DNA from: Octopus vulgaris
Lineage: Eukaryota
Direction: 5' to 3'
DNA length: 64,000 bases
Assembly (NCBI GenBank): GCA_951406725.2
Contig: OX597817.1
Location: 122,140,001 to 122,204,000 of the forward strand
Within the stretch, counting starts at the first letter, position 1; every line of letters begins with the position of its first letter. The translations under genes were made by a program, and so were the position numbers. Shown here one piece after another: positions 1 to 12,622 of the stretch. Below the pieces are notes generated by a model that saw only the letters and a list, made by a program, of their open reading frames with translations, was not told where the DNA came from and did no database searches.

Positions 1-995
1 CCTTTGCTTGTACTGATATGTATTCACTTCACTCGGATACACAAATATGAGTTAAATATCGTTGATGCATCGTAATTTGAGATAAATCATATCCGAACAT
101 AAAATGTGAGTAATTTTAAAGCAATTCATTGAACAAATTTTCATCTAATGATGTTATCCATAAATCCCTTCCATTTATCAATAATGAAAGAGCAGTATAA
201 AATGTTCCAAAAGAGACGGATTATTTTGTAATGATGCTTTGTAATGATACACGCAATATACCATAGATTTATACATGCGTGTATATATGTGTGTGCTTGT
301 ATTTATACACATGTTATGTTTTTCAATGCTTGTATATATATATATTTATATTTTGGAATGTCTCAATAATCGATAATACAATTCAATGATCTATTGATAA
401 TAATGAAGCAACGTTGCGCTTGACCACTCTGTTGACCTTTATATGTCGATTTGCCAGATTTTTCTTCAAACGTAAATGCACACCTATTCATATCTGTTAC
501 TAACAGCTTACATCGTTAAAAGTATAAAGTATGTCTTATGAAAAATAGCTGATTATCTGACTTGCCAAAATCGATGCTACTACTAGTTCTGTTAGTACCA
601 AGCGTAGAACTGATATTCCACCTACATTTCCAATGGAGATAAAACAAAAGTCACAAGACATATAATACTGTGAGCGATAATTGATATAATACAGATTTTA
701 AATGAGTTATTATATGGATTCGCGTTGATGTACTAATTCAGCATACAAATGAAAGATACATATTATTGATAATGTCACATCAATGTAGACTGAGTCTTTG
801 GATACGATTGGAATCAATGTGCCACAACGTAGACTTTTTCGAAAACAACAATAATAACTTAACTGCAAACATTTTTGGACTGAGAAAACATGATGTACCC
901 TACATGACAAAAATATTAGTTTATTCCAAATAGAATTTCTGAGGAAATAAGTTTAAGCGTAAAAAGAATAATTTCCTGCACAAATTCGTGTATTT

Positions 996-1027
<32 letters not shown>

Positions 1028-1034
1028 TATATAA

Positions 1035-1098
<64 letters not shown>

Positions 1099-1185
1099 AC
1101 GTACGTACGTACGTACATACATACATACATACATACATACATACATACATACATACATACATACATACATACATACATACATACA
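996..1185. repeat. compound microsatellite (CT)n-(ATCT)n-(ACGT)n-(ACAT)n
   Basis: Directly visible tandem units. Confidence 0.97.
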
Positions 1186-1195
1186 TTATACATGT

Positions 1196-1398
1196 GACCG
1201 CGTGTGTATCGTTGACGATTTTTTCCTCTGTCTTCCCTTTCTTAGACTTTTTCTTTGTCTATGTTTCTGACGAAGAGCTCCGCTCGAAACGTTAGATCCT
1301 TCTTTCTTTCCTTCCTTGAGCGTCCAATAACACTATACTTGTTCCACGTCCTCGCTTTGCTGTGTTTTCTCTTTGTGTTTTCATGTTTGGATTAACTT
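1196..1398 (+). mobile_element. Penelope-like 3' terminal (pLTR-type) fragment with minimal hammerhead motif
   Basis: CTGACGA(1267-73)-A-GAGC/TCC/GCTC-GAAA(1286-89)-CGTT; pyrimidine-rich tail running into (TA)n. Confidence 0.6.
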
Positions 1399-1897
1399 TA
1401 TATATATAATACAAACCAGAAGGAAAATAAGCAAAAATAGCTATAATTAAATAAACAGTGTGGTAATTCTTTTAGCAGCCACGCTAACGTTAGATAATAA
1501 GACAGGATGTCTAAGTAAACGAAATTTGCATTGTACCCTGAAAGACCACAAGGAAAACTTTTTTGATATACTTCAAATTTTGTCTGACAGACTGACAGAT
1601 ACTGCGAAGAGAACTTAGTGTAGTTAGAAGGACAATCTCAGCAACATCAACGGCTGTATTATAAAAGAAAACCCTGTGATTATAGAATAACGACAATATT
1701 GGAGTTAACTGCATTTATAATACCGAAACAAGAATAATTGTTAAGTCACTTTGCTCTTCTATTTACAGACTCTCTTTACCAACTCTTGAATCTAACATGA
1801 AACACTAGACCATTAATGTTAACAATAGCAAGCAATAAATTTTCTGCTTTGTCAATGACAGATCTACATTTGCGAAAAACAAGTCATTGATGTTAGA

Positions 1898-1904
<7 letters not shown>

Positions 1905-1950
<46 letters not shown>

Positions 1951-2008
1951 TACACACAACTCACGCACATGTATGTATATGTATGCGGTGGTTTTATATA
2001 TTTATGTA

Positions 2009-2049
<41 letters not shown>

Positions 2050-2231
2050 ATATACATACATACATACATATATATATATATATACATACATATATATATA
2101 TATACATATATACATACATATATATATACATATATATATATATATACATACATACATATATATATATACATACATACATACATATATATATAAATAAATA
2201 AATACATATATATATATATACCTATATATAT

Positions 2232-2270
<39 letters not shown>

Positions 2271-2345
2271 CATATATATATATATACATACATAATTACA
2301 TACATACACACACACATATATATATACACACACATACATATATAC
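1905..2345. repeat. compound (CT)n/(CA)n/(TA)n/(TACA)n microsatellite field
   Basis: Directly visible. Confidence 0.97.
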
Positions 2346-4209
2346 ATGTCGTGCACACTTATGAGGATTTCTTACTTTATTAGCTGTCGATAAGAGATAA
2401 GATATTAAATTCTCAGACAATTATTAGAAAGAAGTTCAATATACGGCAACGAATTACTCATGACTTTTATCATGCAAAAGTTTGAAGATTGCAAAGTAAA
2501 GAAGGCTTAAATATAAACTATCCATTTATTTAGAATGGTTTTTATAAATTATAGTTAAGTCCAGGTAAAGAGAAGCAATGTACGTCGAGTAGTTTCCGAA
2601 TCGTTTGTTAACATTAAAATTGTCTGAGATAGAACACATAGAAATAGGAAGAAGACGAGGAAATAAATAAGAATTCAGGAATATCTGTTTGAGCCAGTTA
2701 TACTAAGGTTTTTAGTAATAGAATGGTTAATTGCTTTTAACTTAGGATAAGTAAATGATGTGATTGAATATTTACTGGAATTTGTATTGATTATAGTCTT
2801 GATCTCCACCAAACCTAAAGAGATACTGGACGTATATATAATGCATAAATAAAGTGACTCCGACTTATTCAGTCTTTAAGTTAGATGAACAAGTTGAAAT
2901 TTCTTCAAGTCAGCAACAATCTGAAACAAAATCGCTTGATAAATTCATATTCATCAATTTGTACCTTGAACACAGAGCCAAATGTTTACATCTATTTAAA
3001 GGAATGCCAATCTAACTAAAAATATATGAAACTTTGCATTTTATGGGGTTTTCCAGTTTATTTCATACGTTTTCTCTCTAGTCTAGCACGCTAAATATAA
3101 TTCTAAATAGTCGGGCCATTATAAAATAGTCTCATGATAGAGTAGACTACTTTATCCCTATGTAAATTTGACACAAAGATATTACTTCTTTGACGTTTTA
3201 TACTTGAGATTAAGTTTGCCTATAATAATTAATTTCTTTATTCTTTGCCCTTTGAAGAAATGTTTTGAAGTATTTAATTTGCTGTTGTTCTACACATATC
3301 GATTCATATCGATTACGTGTTGTTGTTTTTTCAAACTTAAGTGATTTCTTATTTAGGAATATTTTCGGTTATGTTTTGCTGTTTACTTTCAGTATAGTAG
3401 TTTATCAGTGTTTACTGTCAGCAGAGCCTAATTGGAACGAGAGTATATCAGCCATTAATGTAGTTAATAGTATCACTAAAGAAAGTAAAAGAATTGATAA
3501 ACAGTTCATACATCCTCTTAAATATTCGATTACTCAACTTTCTTTGGATAATTTAGACATTTTATAGAAATAGCAATTAAAGTCATTCTGTATAATTTCC
3601 ATAGTATATTTTAATACCAGTTGTTTACATGCAACTAAATTATCTGTCTTTGTTAGATATCTATGAAAGTTTACTTTTAATAACCCTTTCAGCATTTCTA
3701 AGGATGAACTCTCATTAACACAAAATGTGAAACATCAATAAGAAACGCCGGAAGTATTTAAATGAGGCATAAACTAAGAAAATTAAAATGGAAAACAATA
3801 CAACGAAAGAGAGCAGATACAAAATGCATCATCATAATCGCTAGCATGAATGCCGTGGTAAAAAAAAAAGCAAGACAAAACAAAAATAAACAAACAGAAT
3901 TTATTGATGCACTTTAGTTTGAGATATTGTTAATATGGAAACATTGAAAGTAATTCCAGAGCATGACTGAGATTTTATTTTCGACTAGAAACCAAGAGCC
4001 ATTATAACAAATGTACCAAACCCGGAATTAATCTGGCTTAAGATAAGTATAAATCACTTATTGATGGATTATAGTTTACTGTGTTGCGTAGTTAACGTAG
4101 TTACAAAGATGCATTGAATGTGTACATGTCCATTTCTGTATATCAAAGTAAATATACACCTCCTATGATGGGTATGTATACATAATGATTTTGTTTTATT
4201 TCCTCCATT

Positions 4210-4490
4210 AATATGTTATTAATGGCGAATCCTGGCTCATTACCAAGAGAAAATGTATCTGCGTTGCAGATGACGTTATAAATTTACACAGAAGTCGTGA
4301 AAGTGTATATCCAGGAATAAATGTAATGAAGATTAATCTGTATGTTATTCCATAGTTCACGCGATGGCATTGTATCAAAATGATAATGCTACTTACTAAA
4401 AGATTGAATTTTGAGAGAATAGCATTACGGAGCAAAGATGCACGTAGAGGACAAGGAAAAACTTGGCAAGAATTTTTATTAATTAGCAAC
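4210..4490 (+). pseudogene. possible highly decayed RTE-type LINE C-terminal fragment
   Basis: Interrupted frame ending ...TRWHCIKM...LRSKDARRGQGKTWQE resembles the RTE RW.GHV.RM...RGRPRKTW motif; weak. Confidence 0.3.
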
Positions 4491-5329
4491 TAAAGTGAAA
4501 ACTACATTAAAGACATAGATGCATCGAAACACTTAAAAGTGAACGATTTTATTTCCAAGACTACGAGAAAATAAAATTTGATGCCACTATAGTGGAACTT
4601 CACGGTTTCCCCATGCTTTGATTATAACTAAATGCCGGACATAATTGACTTTATTTATTACATATAATTTAATATGTAATCATTAGTCAAGGCAAATGAA
4701 ATTAAATTATAAAGCAAGTGCATCACCATATAAAAATGGTTAGGAGAATATGCTCCCAGCAGACTGTTCACCCAAGCTCATAAAAAAATGATGGTAGTCC
4801 AGTATCACACAGAGAATCTTGGTTTCTCTTATTTCATATTTATTTAGCTTACGTCGAAAATTTCAACAAGATTTAAAATTCTTTTTTCTGTTTGTATTCT
4901 TCAAATTCTTTGATGTTCTGTCTAAATATACTATTAGTAATAAAATTTATCTTATTGCTGTTGTTATAGTAGTGCTGGTGGTGAGGGTGTTGGTTGTTGT
5001 AACTCGTATTTTCAGATAAACAATTTTGTTCTTAATTACACCGAAAAGGAGAAGGAAAGCTTCTAAAATTAGCTTGCCCTTCCATAGGGATTGCATTGAT
5101 AAAGTTAATGTTCAAATAGAACTTGGCAGTTGAAACAGATTCGTTAGAAAAAGGAAATTTTAGAGATTTGAAGGCAAGAAAGGAAGGATTATAGGGGAAA
5201 ATGTAATACAATATTAGGTTAAGAGTGTGAGAAGAATGAGAAGAGGTGGATGTACTGACTGTAGAAACGCAACGCAGACCAACGAAAATAGTAGTTTTGG
5301 ATTGAGTTGTTTTGAATTTTTATATATAA

Positions 5330-5839
5330 CTAGCAGTATCGCCCGGCGTTGCTCGGGTTTGTAAGGGAAATAACTATATAAGCATTTTTAGAGAGTTACT
5401 TCCCTTATAGATGCCAATTCGGGCTTTCTTAGCCATTTCTGTTTTGGTGTCTTCAAGCCATGAAGTCGTTGTTCTAAAAGAACGCTGGTCTCCTTGACAA
5501 CGCATTACGACGTTGATTTCTTTACACTCCCTTCCCCACAGCTTCACGAGGGAGGGAAGGGGGAGAAGCAAACAGGAGCAGCTGTGAGCGTGGACGCCAA
5601 CTCCGCCGCCATCGACACACGAAAAATTATGCATTAAAATGGAATAAAAAATGATGTTAAATTATTTTTAAAATCGTAGACTCATCATTGACGCGCGCTA
5701 ATAGCCAGACGGGCTCGATATGAATCACGACTATAAGATACCCGAATTTGGTTAAACTGCACCGCAAAATGTGGGAGGAGTTAGGAATCTAAATCGAAGG
5801 GGACAGACACTCACACAACTAGAGTTTTATATATATAGA
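5330..5839 (-). mobile_element. non-autonomous Helitron (510 bp)
   Basis: On the minus strand: 5' TC start (5839-38), subterminal GC hairpin (5341-5358), 3' CTAG (5333-5330), inserted between A and T, no TSD. Confidence 0.85.
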
Positions 5840-7463
5840 TAAACCCTTCATAAAACACTCAGTTGTTAATTAAACAGATGCCAGTACATAAAACAGTCAG
5901 TACTGTTGTTAATAAATAGGAATTTTCATAACAATTAGTGGTGATTTTTGTCCTTTATTTAATCATAAATAATTAATGGTCGTAACATTTACACTTAATT
6001 ACTTTAAAACAACCAAGAACGGTTCACTATCAGTAATACTCCGAGAAATAATAGGTATTTATAAAGAACAACTTTAATTTAAAGTTAATAAAGCAGTTTT
6101 CTCTTCCATTGTTCGACGATAAAAACAGATTAGACCTTTATGAAATTAGATATTACGCCAGTATGATGAAAACAAACAAAACAAACGATAAAATTCAAAG
6201 AAACCAACACATATATAAAGTTACATAGCTTAAAAGCAATATATAATAAAGTGAAGTAATAATCAGTCACTCGCATAGGTAATCGAGAAAGAAATATGTC
6301 TCCGTCAATTACTAAGTTCATTTGCAATGAACATACGGAGAACATCCTTTATAAAAATAATGCAGTTAAGCCCACGCTTGAACCGTTTTTGTTCATGTAG
6401 TATAACTCTAGTTTCTTTTACTAATTGAACAAGTGGCCGTTATGTTCTTCGTTCCTTCCTGTACAAGTTCAGTAAATTGAATATCTATCAGACGAAATGA
6501 ACTGAGTAAAGGAAGAAATTACTTTTCCTACTGTTACATGTTATAGGAGGCCTGGAAAAATGTCTACGCTATTACACAATTATAAACACATTTGGCTTAC
6601 ATTTAAATGCACGACAAAGGACAATGCATGCACAATATTTCAATATTTCTACACACACACACAATATTTCAATATTTCTACACACACACACACACACACA
6701 AATATTTAGTTGAAATTTATAGAAAAACAAAAGACGAATACAGGTGTATAAATAAGCAAGTGTATTAGTTTGACGTTCAGGAAGGTGAGAACATCTTTTA
6801 CATTTCGAGCGTACACTCTTCAACAGAAAGAGAATTTAAAAAAAACATATAGATGTCCGAAGTGTAGGAGGTTAAAGCAGGACAAAACTGGTGCGACCAC
6901 CTGAACGTAAAATATGTAGTTGAAACTTATAGAAAAACACAAGAATTTAAACATAAAGTGGTATGTTAATTTTTTATATAGTGGGATAGCAAAAATAGTT
7001 GGGGAAAAATAACTGCCACATCTTCTGTAAACATGGATGCTGCGCTGACCACTGTACCAAAGCAACAGCTCGAATATTTTCCATCCAGTTTATTACCATC
7101 AAAAACTGTAAGATGTTTACATTAAAAGAATTTATAAACATCGAGAAATTGACGGAAATTACTTTTAACTGTGAAACTCGAAGTAAATAAATTTATAAAT
7201 GGTAGTGCGTTGAATAATGCGTAAATAATAGCTATAACTAGAATAAAGCTATAAATAATACCGTTTGGAGTGTTTACAGCAGATGTAATTTCAAATCCCA
7301 CGGGAATCCTTCGATTTATTTCTATACAAGGGGTTTCATAAGCGTATATACTGCACACTGTTTTATTTTCATATGCTTCGAGTTCCATCGCTGAAAATAA
7401 TCTACTTCACATCTCACGAAGTTACTAAATTTTTATAATGTAAATATTCTACAGTTCTTGAAA

Positions 7464-7858
7464 GGCACAGGAGTGGCTGTGTGGTAAGTAGCTTGCTTAC
7501 CAACCACATGGTTCCGGGTTCAGTCCCACTGCGTAGTACCTTGGGCAAGTGTCTTCTACTATAGCCTCGGGCCGACCAAAGCCTTGTGAATGAATTTGGT
7601 AGACGGAAACTGGAAGAAGCCCGACGTATATGTATGTGTGTATATGTTTTTGTGTGTCAGTGTTTGTGTGTCTGTGTTTGTCCCAACTGATGCTGGTGTG
7701 TTTACGTCCCCGTAACTTAGCGGTTCGGCAAAAAGAGACCGATATAATAAGTACCATTATTATAGAATAAGTCCTGGGGTCGATTTGCTCGACTAAAGGC
7801 GGTGCTCCAGCATGGCCACAGTCAAATGACTGAAATAAGTAAAAGAGTAAAAGAGTAA
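7464..7858 (+). mobile_element. tRNA-derived SINE family A, full length
   Basis: Box A/B-like head (TGGCTGTGTGG...GGTTCAGTCCC), internal (TG)n slot, (TAAAAGAG)n tail; homologous to 19608, 32067 and 61274. Confidence 0.9.
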
Positions 7859-7889
7859 GAGGAAGAACAGAGCATCTAAAATCGATGTA

Positions 7890-7975
7890 GAATACTCGAA
7901 GGTTTAACAGTTAGCACATCAGTCATGCTTACAGAAGATGTGGGTTCGAGTCCCATAGACAACCTTAGATTCTCT
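7890..7975 (+). mobile_element. degenerate tRNA-like SINE head
   Basis: B-box GGGTTCGAGTCCC at ~7942; no intact cloverleaf. Confidence 0.35.
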
Positions 7976-9977
7976 TCCATCCAATGGCGGTTTTTAACCC
8001 AATACTCTACACGCTACTACTTATAGCTTTATCGAAGTTCCACCAAAAGTAAATACGGATTTGCCCCACCCCCCAGTTATGCACACATTCACTAGTACTA
8101 AAAGAATACACAAAGTGTACGCAAAGTCACATAGGAGTACACTCACAGCACGTGTTCCATAGTCGAATTTAAGCTTCAGATTCAACGCAGAGAGGGTTCC
8201 GAGTATGGTGAAGTATAAACAGTAACATAAATGGATTGATATTCACTACTACAGCTGTTTCAGACGCGTGTTCTTAATTGATAGACAAAAATATCACATG
8301 ATTAAAAGAAAAACACCAGTTTTCTTAAGATGAGCTAATAGTAAAATTTAACACCTATGATTATTCACAAAAACATAACACAATGCAAGCTGGCAAGTTG
8401 ATCTTGCATCTGTGCGTGTGTGTGTGTGTCTAAGGTCCACTTGTCATAAAACATATTTGCATATTTTATTAAATTTTATTAAAAAGAGATCGTAATTTAT
8501 TGAGAAACGCTTGAGAGTGTATTTTTATAAACAGCATACAGATTAGATCTGTCTAGGGAATCTAACATCATTTTGGTTTGGCTGAATTTTATGGATTATG
8601 TAGCACTTCTTTTTCTTAACCCAAACATAGAGTCATATCTTATCTTGAAAACGGTTATCTTGCATCAGTTCAACAGGACTTGTGATCCCATCAAACACCG
8701 ATCACCTTAAGACTCTAGTTCAATTCATAAAAAAGTAAATCATTATGAATTTACAGTTTAAGATCCACTTTTTGTTGACTTTTGCTTTTTTGTTCATTAT
8801 TTCTAACGATAAAACTGTTTTATAGGTATCGTGTCTGTTCCCAAGGAAGCTTATACCCATGAATGCGAAGCTATATAATAAGTAGTTGTCACTTTCTTTC
8901 GTGGTGAAGATTCAACTTATGCAGAAATCACTCGAGATTTTGCAAAATTAAGCAATACGGCATTTACTGATGGGTAACTAATAAAATCAAAGATGAACGT
9001 GTACTTTTGTATAATATAACAATGACAGGTTGTCAAACGACCGACCAGTTATGAAATATCTGATATGGGGTAACTCTGGTTGATCGGTTTAATACAGTAA
9101 AATGCTTCCCTATAATCATAACCTTCCAAAATATTTTATCCTCCAAGTAAAGCGTAATTTTATAGCTAAACTTTATAAAACCCAGCAACTTAGTATAGAT
9201 TAATGAATTGTTTACACCAAAACATTTCTAAATTTCTGGAGTATATGAATAGACTGATAAATATTTGTATGACTATACTGTGTAGCTTAACACAAACTTA
9301 CTTATTGCAGTAAAACTATTTCGAAAAAAAAAAGCAAAGAAGTATGATGGAAGATAGAACATGCGCTCAATTGAGATTCACCGCATTCTTAAAGTTACTC
9401 GTGTATTTTTAAATTTCTTGTGTTTGTTTTTGTTTCAAAGGAAATGAAAAACAAATGTACAAATCTGCGCCAAATCTGTGAACAGTCTACTTTTCACACT
9501 TTCAAGTAAATAGAATTACTTATGTTTCTGTAAATCAGATTTCTTTTATTTAGCTACGTGTATTATGGTTTGCTTCTGTTTTTATTTCATTCGGTTGCCA
9601 GAGATAATTTTGCTCATATCGAAGAACATAGAGAATCAACACAGATGTTACTGATAACGCTAGCTAACGCACAGAAGATGTATACAAAAACGGCCAACGC
9701 AATATTCGAACTGTTTGTTCACTCAGTATCAAATTAAATGAAGGAGTTTTACTATTCGAATATAGTGGATCACCTATTAGCTGTTTTACCAGAGGGTTGA
9801 AGTGAATGTAAACTTTACAAAAATAAGTACAATTACTTCCATTCATTTTAACGTAAACTGGATACAAATGCTTAAAATAACGTAATTACAGATAAAGAAA
9901 TATATAAAAAAAACATTAATGGTAGAACAAATATTAATACAGAGTGGCGATAGTCGTACATAGAGACATACGTAACA

Positions 9978-10160
9978 GGCACTCCGTCGGTTACGACGAC
10001 GAGGGATTCAGTTGATCTGATCAACATAACAGCCTGCTCGCGAAATTAACGTGCTGAGCACCCTATGGACATGCGTACCCTTAGCATAGCACTCAGGGAG
10101 ATTCAGTGGGACACAGAATGTGAGAAGGCCGGCCCTTTGAAATACAGGTATTACTCATTA
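9978..10160 (+). mobile_element. GC-rich interspersed repeat (SINE-like)
   Basis: Sharp GC-rich island (GGCACTCCGTCGGTTACGACG...GGCCCTTTGAAATACAGG) that I recall as an octopus repeat; single copy here. Confidence 0.5.
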
Positions 10161-10514
10161 CAGAATTTTGCGCTCTAGTATAACTTCCACGTTAACTGGT
10201 AGACGTTAACTGTGTGTGTGTGTGCGGGCGGGTGTGCATGTGTTTATGAGTATATTTTGCATACGATTTGATGTGAGAAACGAGTACTCAATACATGTTG
10301 CAGAGGATATGGTTCTTTTTTAATTAAGAAATGGTTTTAATCAAATATAGTTTGAATAAACACTATAAATACATACATACATACATACATGCATACATAC
10401 ATACATACATACATACATACATACATACATACATACATACATACATACATACATACATGCATACATACATACATTAGTTCCGGTACTCTTTGCCCTGAGT
10501 TCAAATCCTGCTAG

Positions 10515-11385
10515 GTTCTCGAGTCTGAACATTAAGAGCAAAGGGGATGGAACCAGATAAAACCCGGGTTCTTGTCGTTTAATCCAATATGGGAGACGGG
10601 TTCACTGGGTGGAGATAGGGCTCTGGAGGTGTACGCTGTTGTTTGTTTCGGTGAGTTGCGACGTATACAGGATTTGGGGTCATCTTGCAGGAGGATTGCT
10701 TGCTAGGTCGGCCGCTACTCTGAAATTTGGCCGGGTATTAGTGTGGTAGGATGGGGTGGATTTTACTTTTATTTTGGGGTGGGGGAGGAACTGATTTCAG
10801 TTCCGAGTTTAGTGGAGGGAGAAATATCCCACATGGCTATGTATTCGATTCAGTTTTCATATCCGGCACGTTGTAAGGCACAGTTGTTATATTTTGCATA
10901 CTGATCCAATAAACCCTTATTAGCAGATAGTGAGGAAATCTAGTAGGAAATGATTTCCACGATAGATTTTAGGACGGAGTGGGGTGGGTTGGAGAAGTTC
11001 AGATAGTGGAGGTTTTCTCTAGGTTTGTGGTAGAGGTAGAAGGTTTAGTTTTGCGAGCCCAAGATTAAGTCCAAGAAATTAGCAGTTTTAACGTTGTTAC
11101 AGATGCTAAGGCCGATGTTTTTAGAAAAACTCTTAATCTTTTTCCAGTCTGTTCGATTTTCCGGTTGCTAGAATTTGGGATGCGAACAGAGCGTCGTCTT
11201 CGTATAGACCATCGAAGATGTTAGAAAATTGTTCATGGAGACCGTTAAGTAGGTAATTCCCTATAAGTCCATAACTTAGGCGGAGTTACTGGTTCCCATG
11301 GGGATGTGAGAAAAGTTGGGTGTATCCTTTTGAGCCCAGGATTTCCCATTGAACAGTATATTTCGGCGGGCTGCTAATATTATAC
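10515..11385 (-). pseudogene. decayed Penelope-like element reverse transcriptase fragment
   Basis: Minus-strand translation across stops and frameshifts: WAQKDTPNFSHIPMGTSNSA*VMD / LIGNYLL...GLYEDDALF / ANFLDLILG...YHKPRENLHYLNFSNPPHSVLKSI...ISSLS...ALQRAGY, matching PLE RT motifs (MGS, GLYRDD, NFLD, SNHPP, ALxxSGY). Confidence 0.85.
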
Positions 11386-12591
11386 CAATATGTATGTATG
11401 TATGTGTATGTAATACACACATTTATATACTTATATCTGTACATAAATATATATATATATATATGCAAATACATTCAAATACATATTTACGCGCGTGCAC
11501 ACGCAGTAATATTATAAGCATGCTTGCGATTTTTTGTGTATGTACATGTATGCATGAATTAATGTGTATAATTTTACGTATGTATTTATTTATGAATATT
11601 GATAAGTAGAGTATTAAATGCGTAGAGGTTTTAATAGCCTTAGTAAACATATGGTTACTTGATCTAATGCAAAGATATAACGCGCGAATGTTATTCATGC
11701 TGTCACATGAGACATTCACTGGCCTAATATAGCCTGAGAATATCATTCATACAGTCGCATTAACCCCTGACCTCTTGAACACCTTCATCAAACTAAAATG
11801 TATCTCAAATGATGAAATGATGACAATTTGAGTCATAACCTTTTCATAAAAAGGAGCAAAATTTCGAAATCAAATCAGCGACGAAACAAATACGGTGTAG
11901 CTTCAGGTTCCATATGATACTACTTTTAGAAAATCTTGATAATGTGAAACCTTTTAAATAAATGTAAATAAATCCTATTAAAGGCTGCAATGGATATTCA
12001 AATGCAAACTTCTAGTTGCGTGTATCATACATAAATGCATACATACGGACATACATAGTGTGTGTGTGTTTCAGTGTTTGTGTATGTGTGTGTACTTAAA
12101 AGCTGCAATAATTAAAATCCTGTATCATATCTCTCCATTAAATAGATTTAGTGTTTCAGACAGGCATACGCACACAGACAAGCATATGCACGTATACCTA
12201 CATATGTGCATACAATCATACATGCATACATAAATACTTACATATTGGTTCAACGTTACTTGAACAATAACAAATGTATTCTAACCAAATACATTCAAAT
12301 ACATATTTACACACACATGCGCGCGCTAATATTATAAAAATGCTCGTTACTTGCATGCAAAATAGAAAATAATCTCATCCGGAACGATTGAAACACTCGT
12401 TAATTATAACCACCCAAGCAAAACTAAACACCCACAACTATTACTAGCTTTATATATTTGCTATAATTTAAATGTCTGTCTTTTCCAGAACATATTGCAT
12501 CCCGATTAAATCCATTGAAATGCAGTACCTGTATATAATTTTTCTAAAACAATTATATATAGGTGGTTGAAACTTTCATAAATAATATTCT

Positions 12592-12622
<31 letters not shown>

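Noticed and set aside
7890-7975. tRNA gene
   Set aside because: Only a B-box; no cloverleaf. SINE heads elsewhere are likewise not tRNA genes.
8244-8264. Minus-strand GAAA-CAGCTG-TA half-hammerhead
   Set aside because: Probably a PLE remnant, but I could not find the CUGANGA half.
8827-8973. Exon-like segment with acceptor and donor
   Set aside because: Stops in all three frames; unrecognised peptide.
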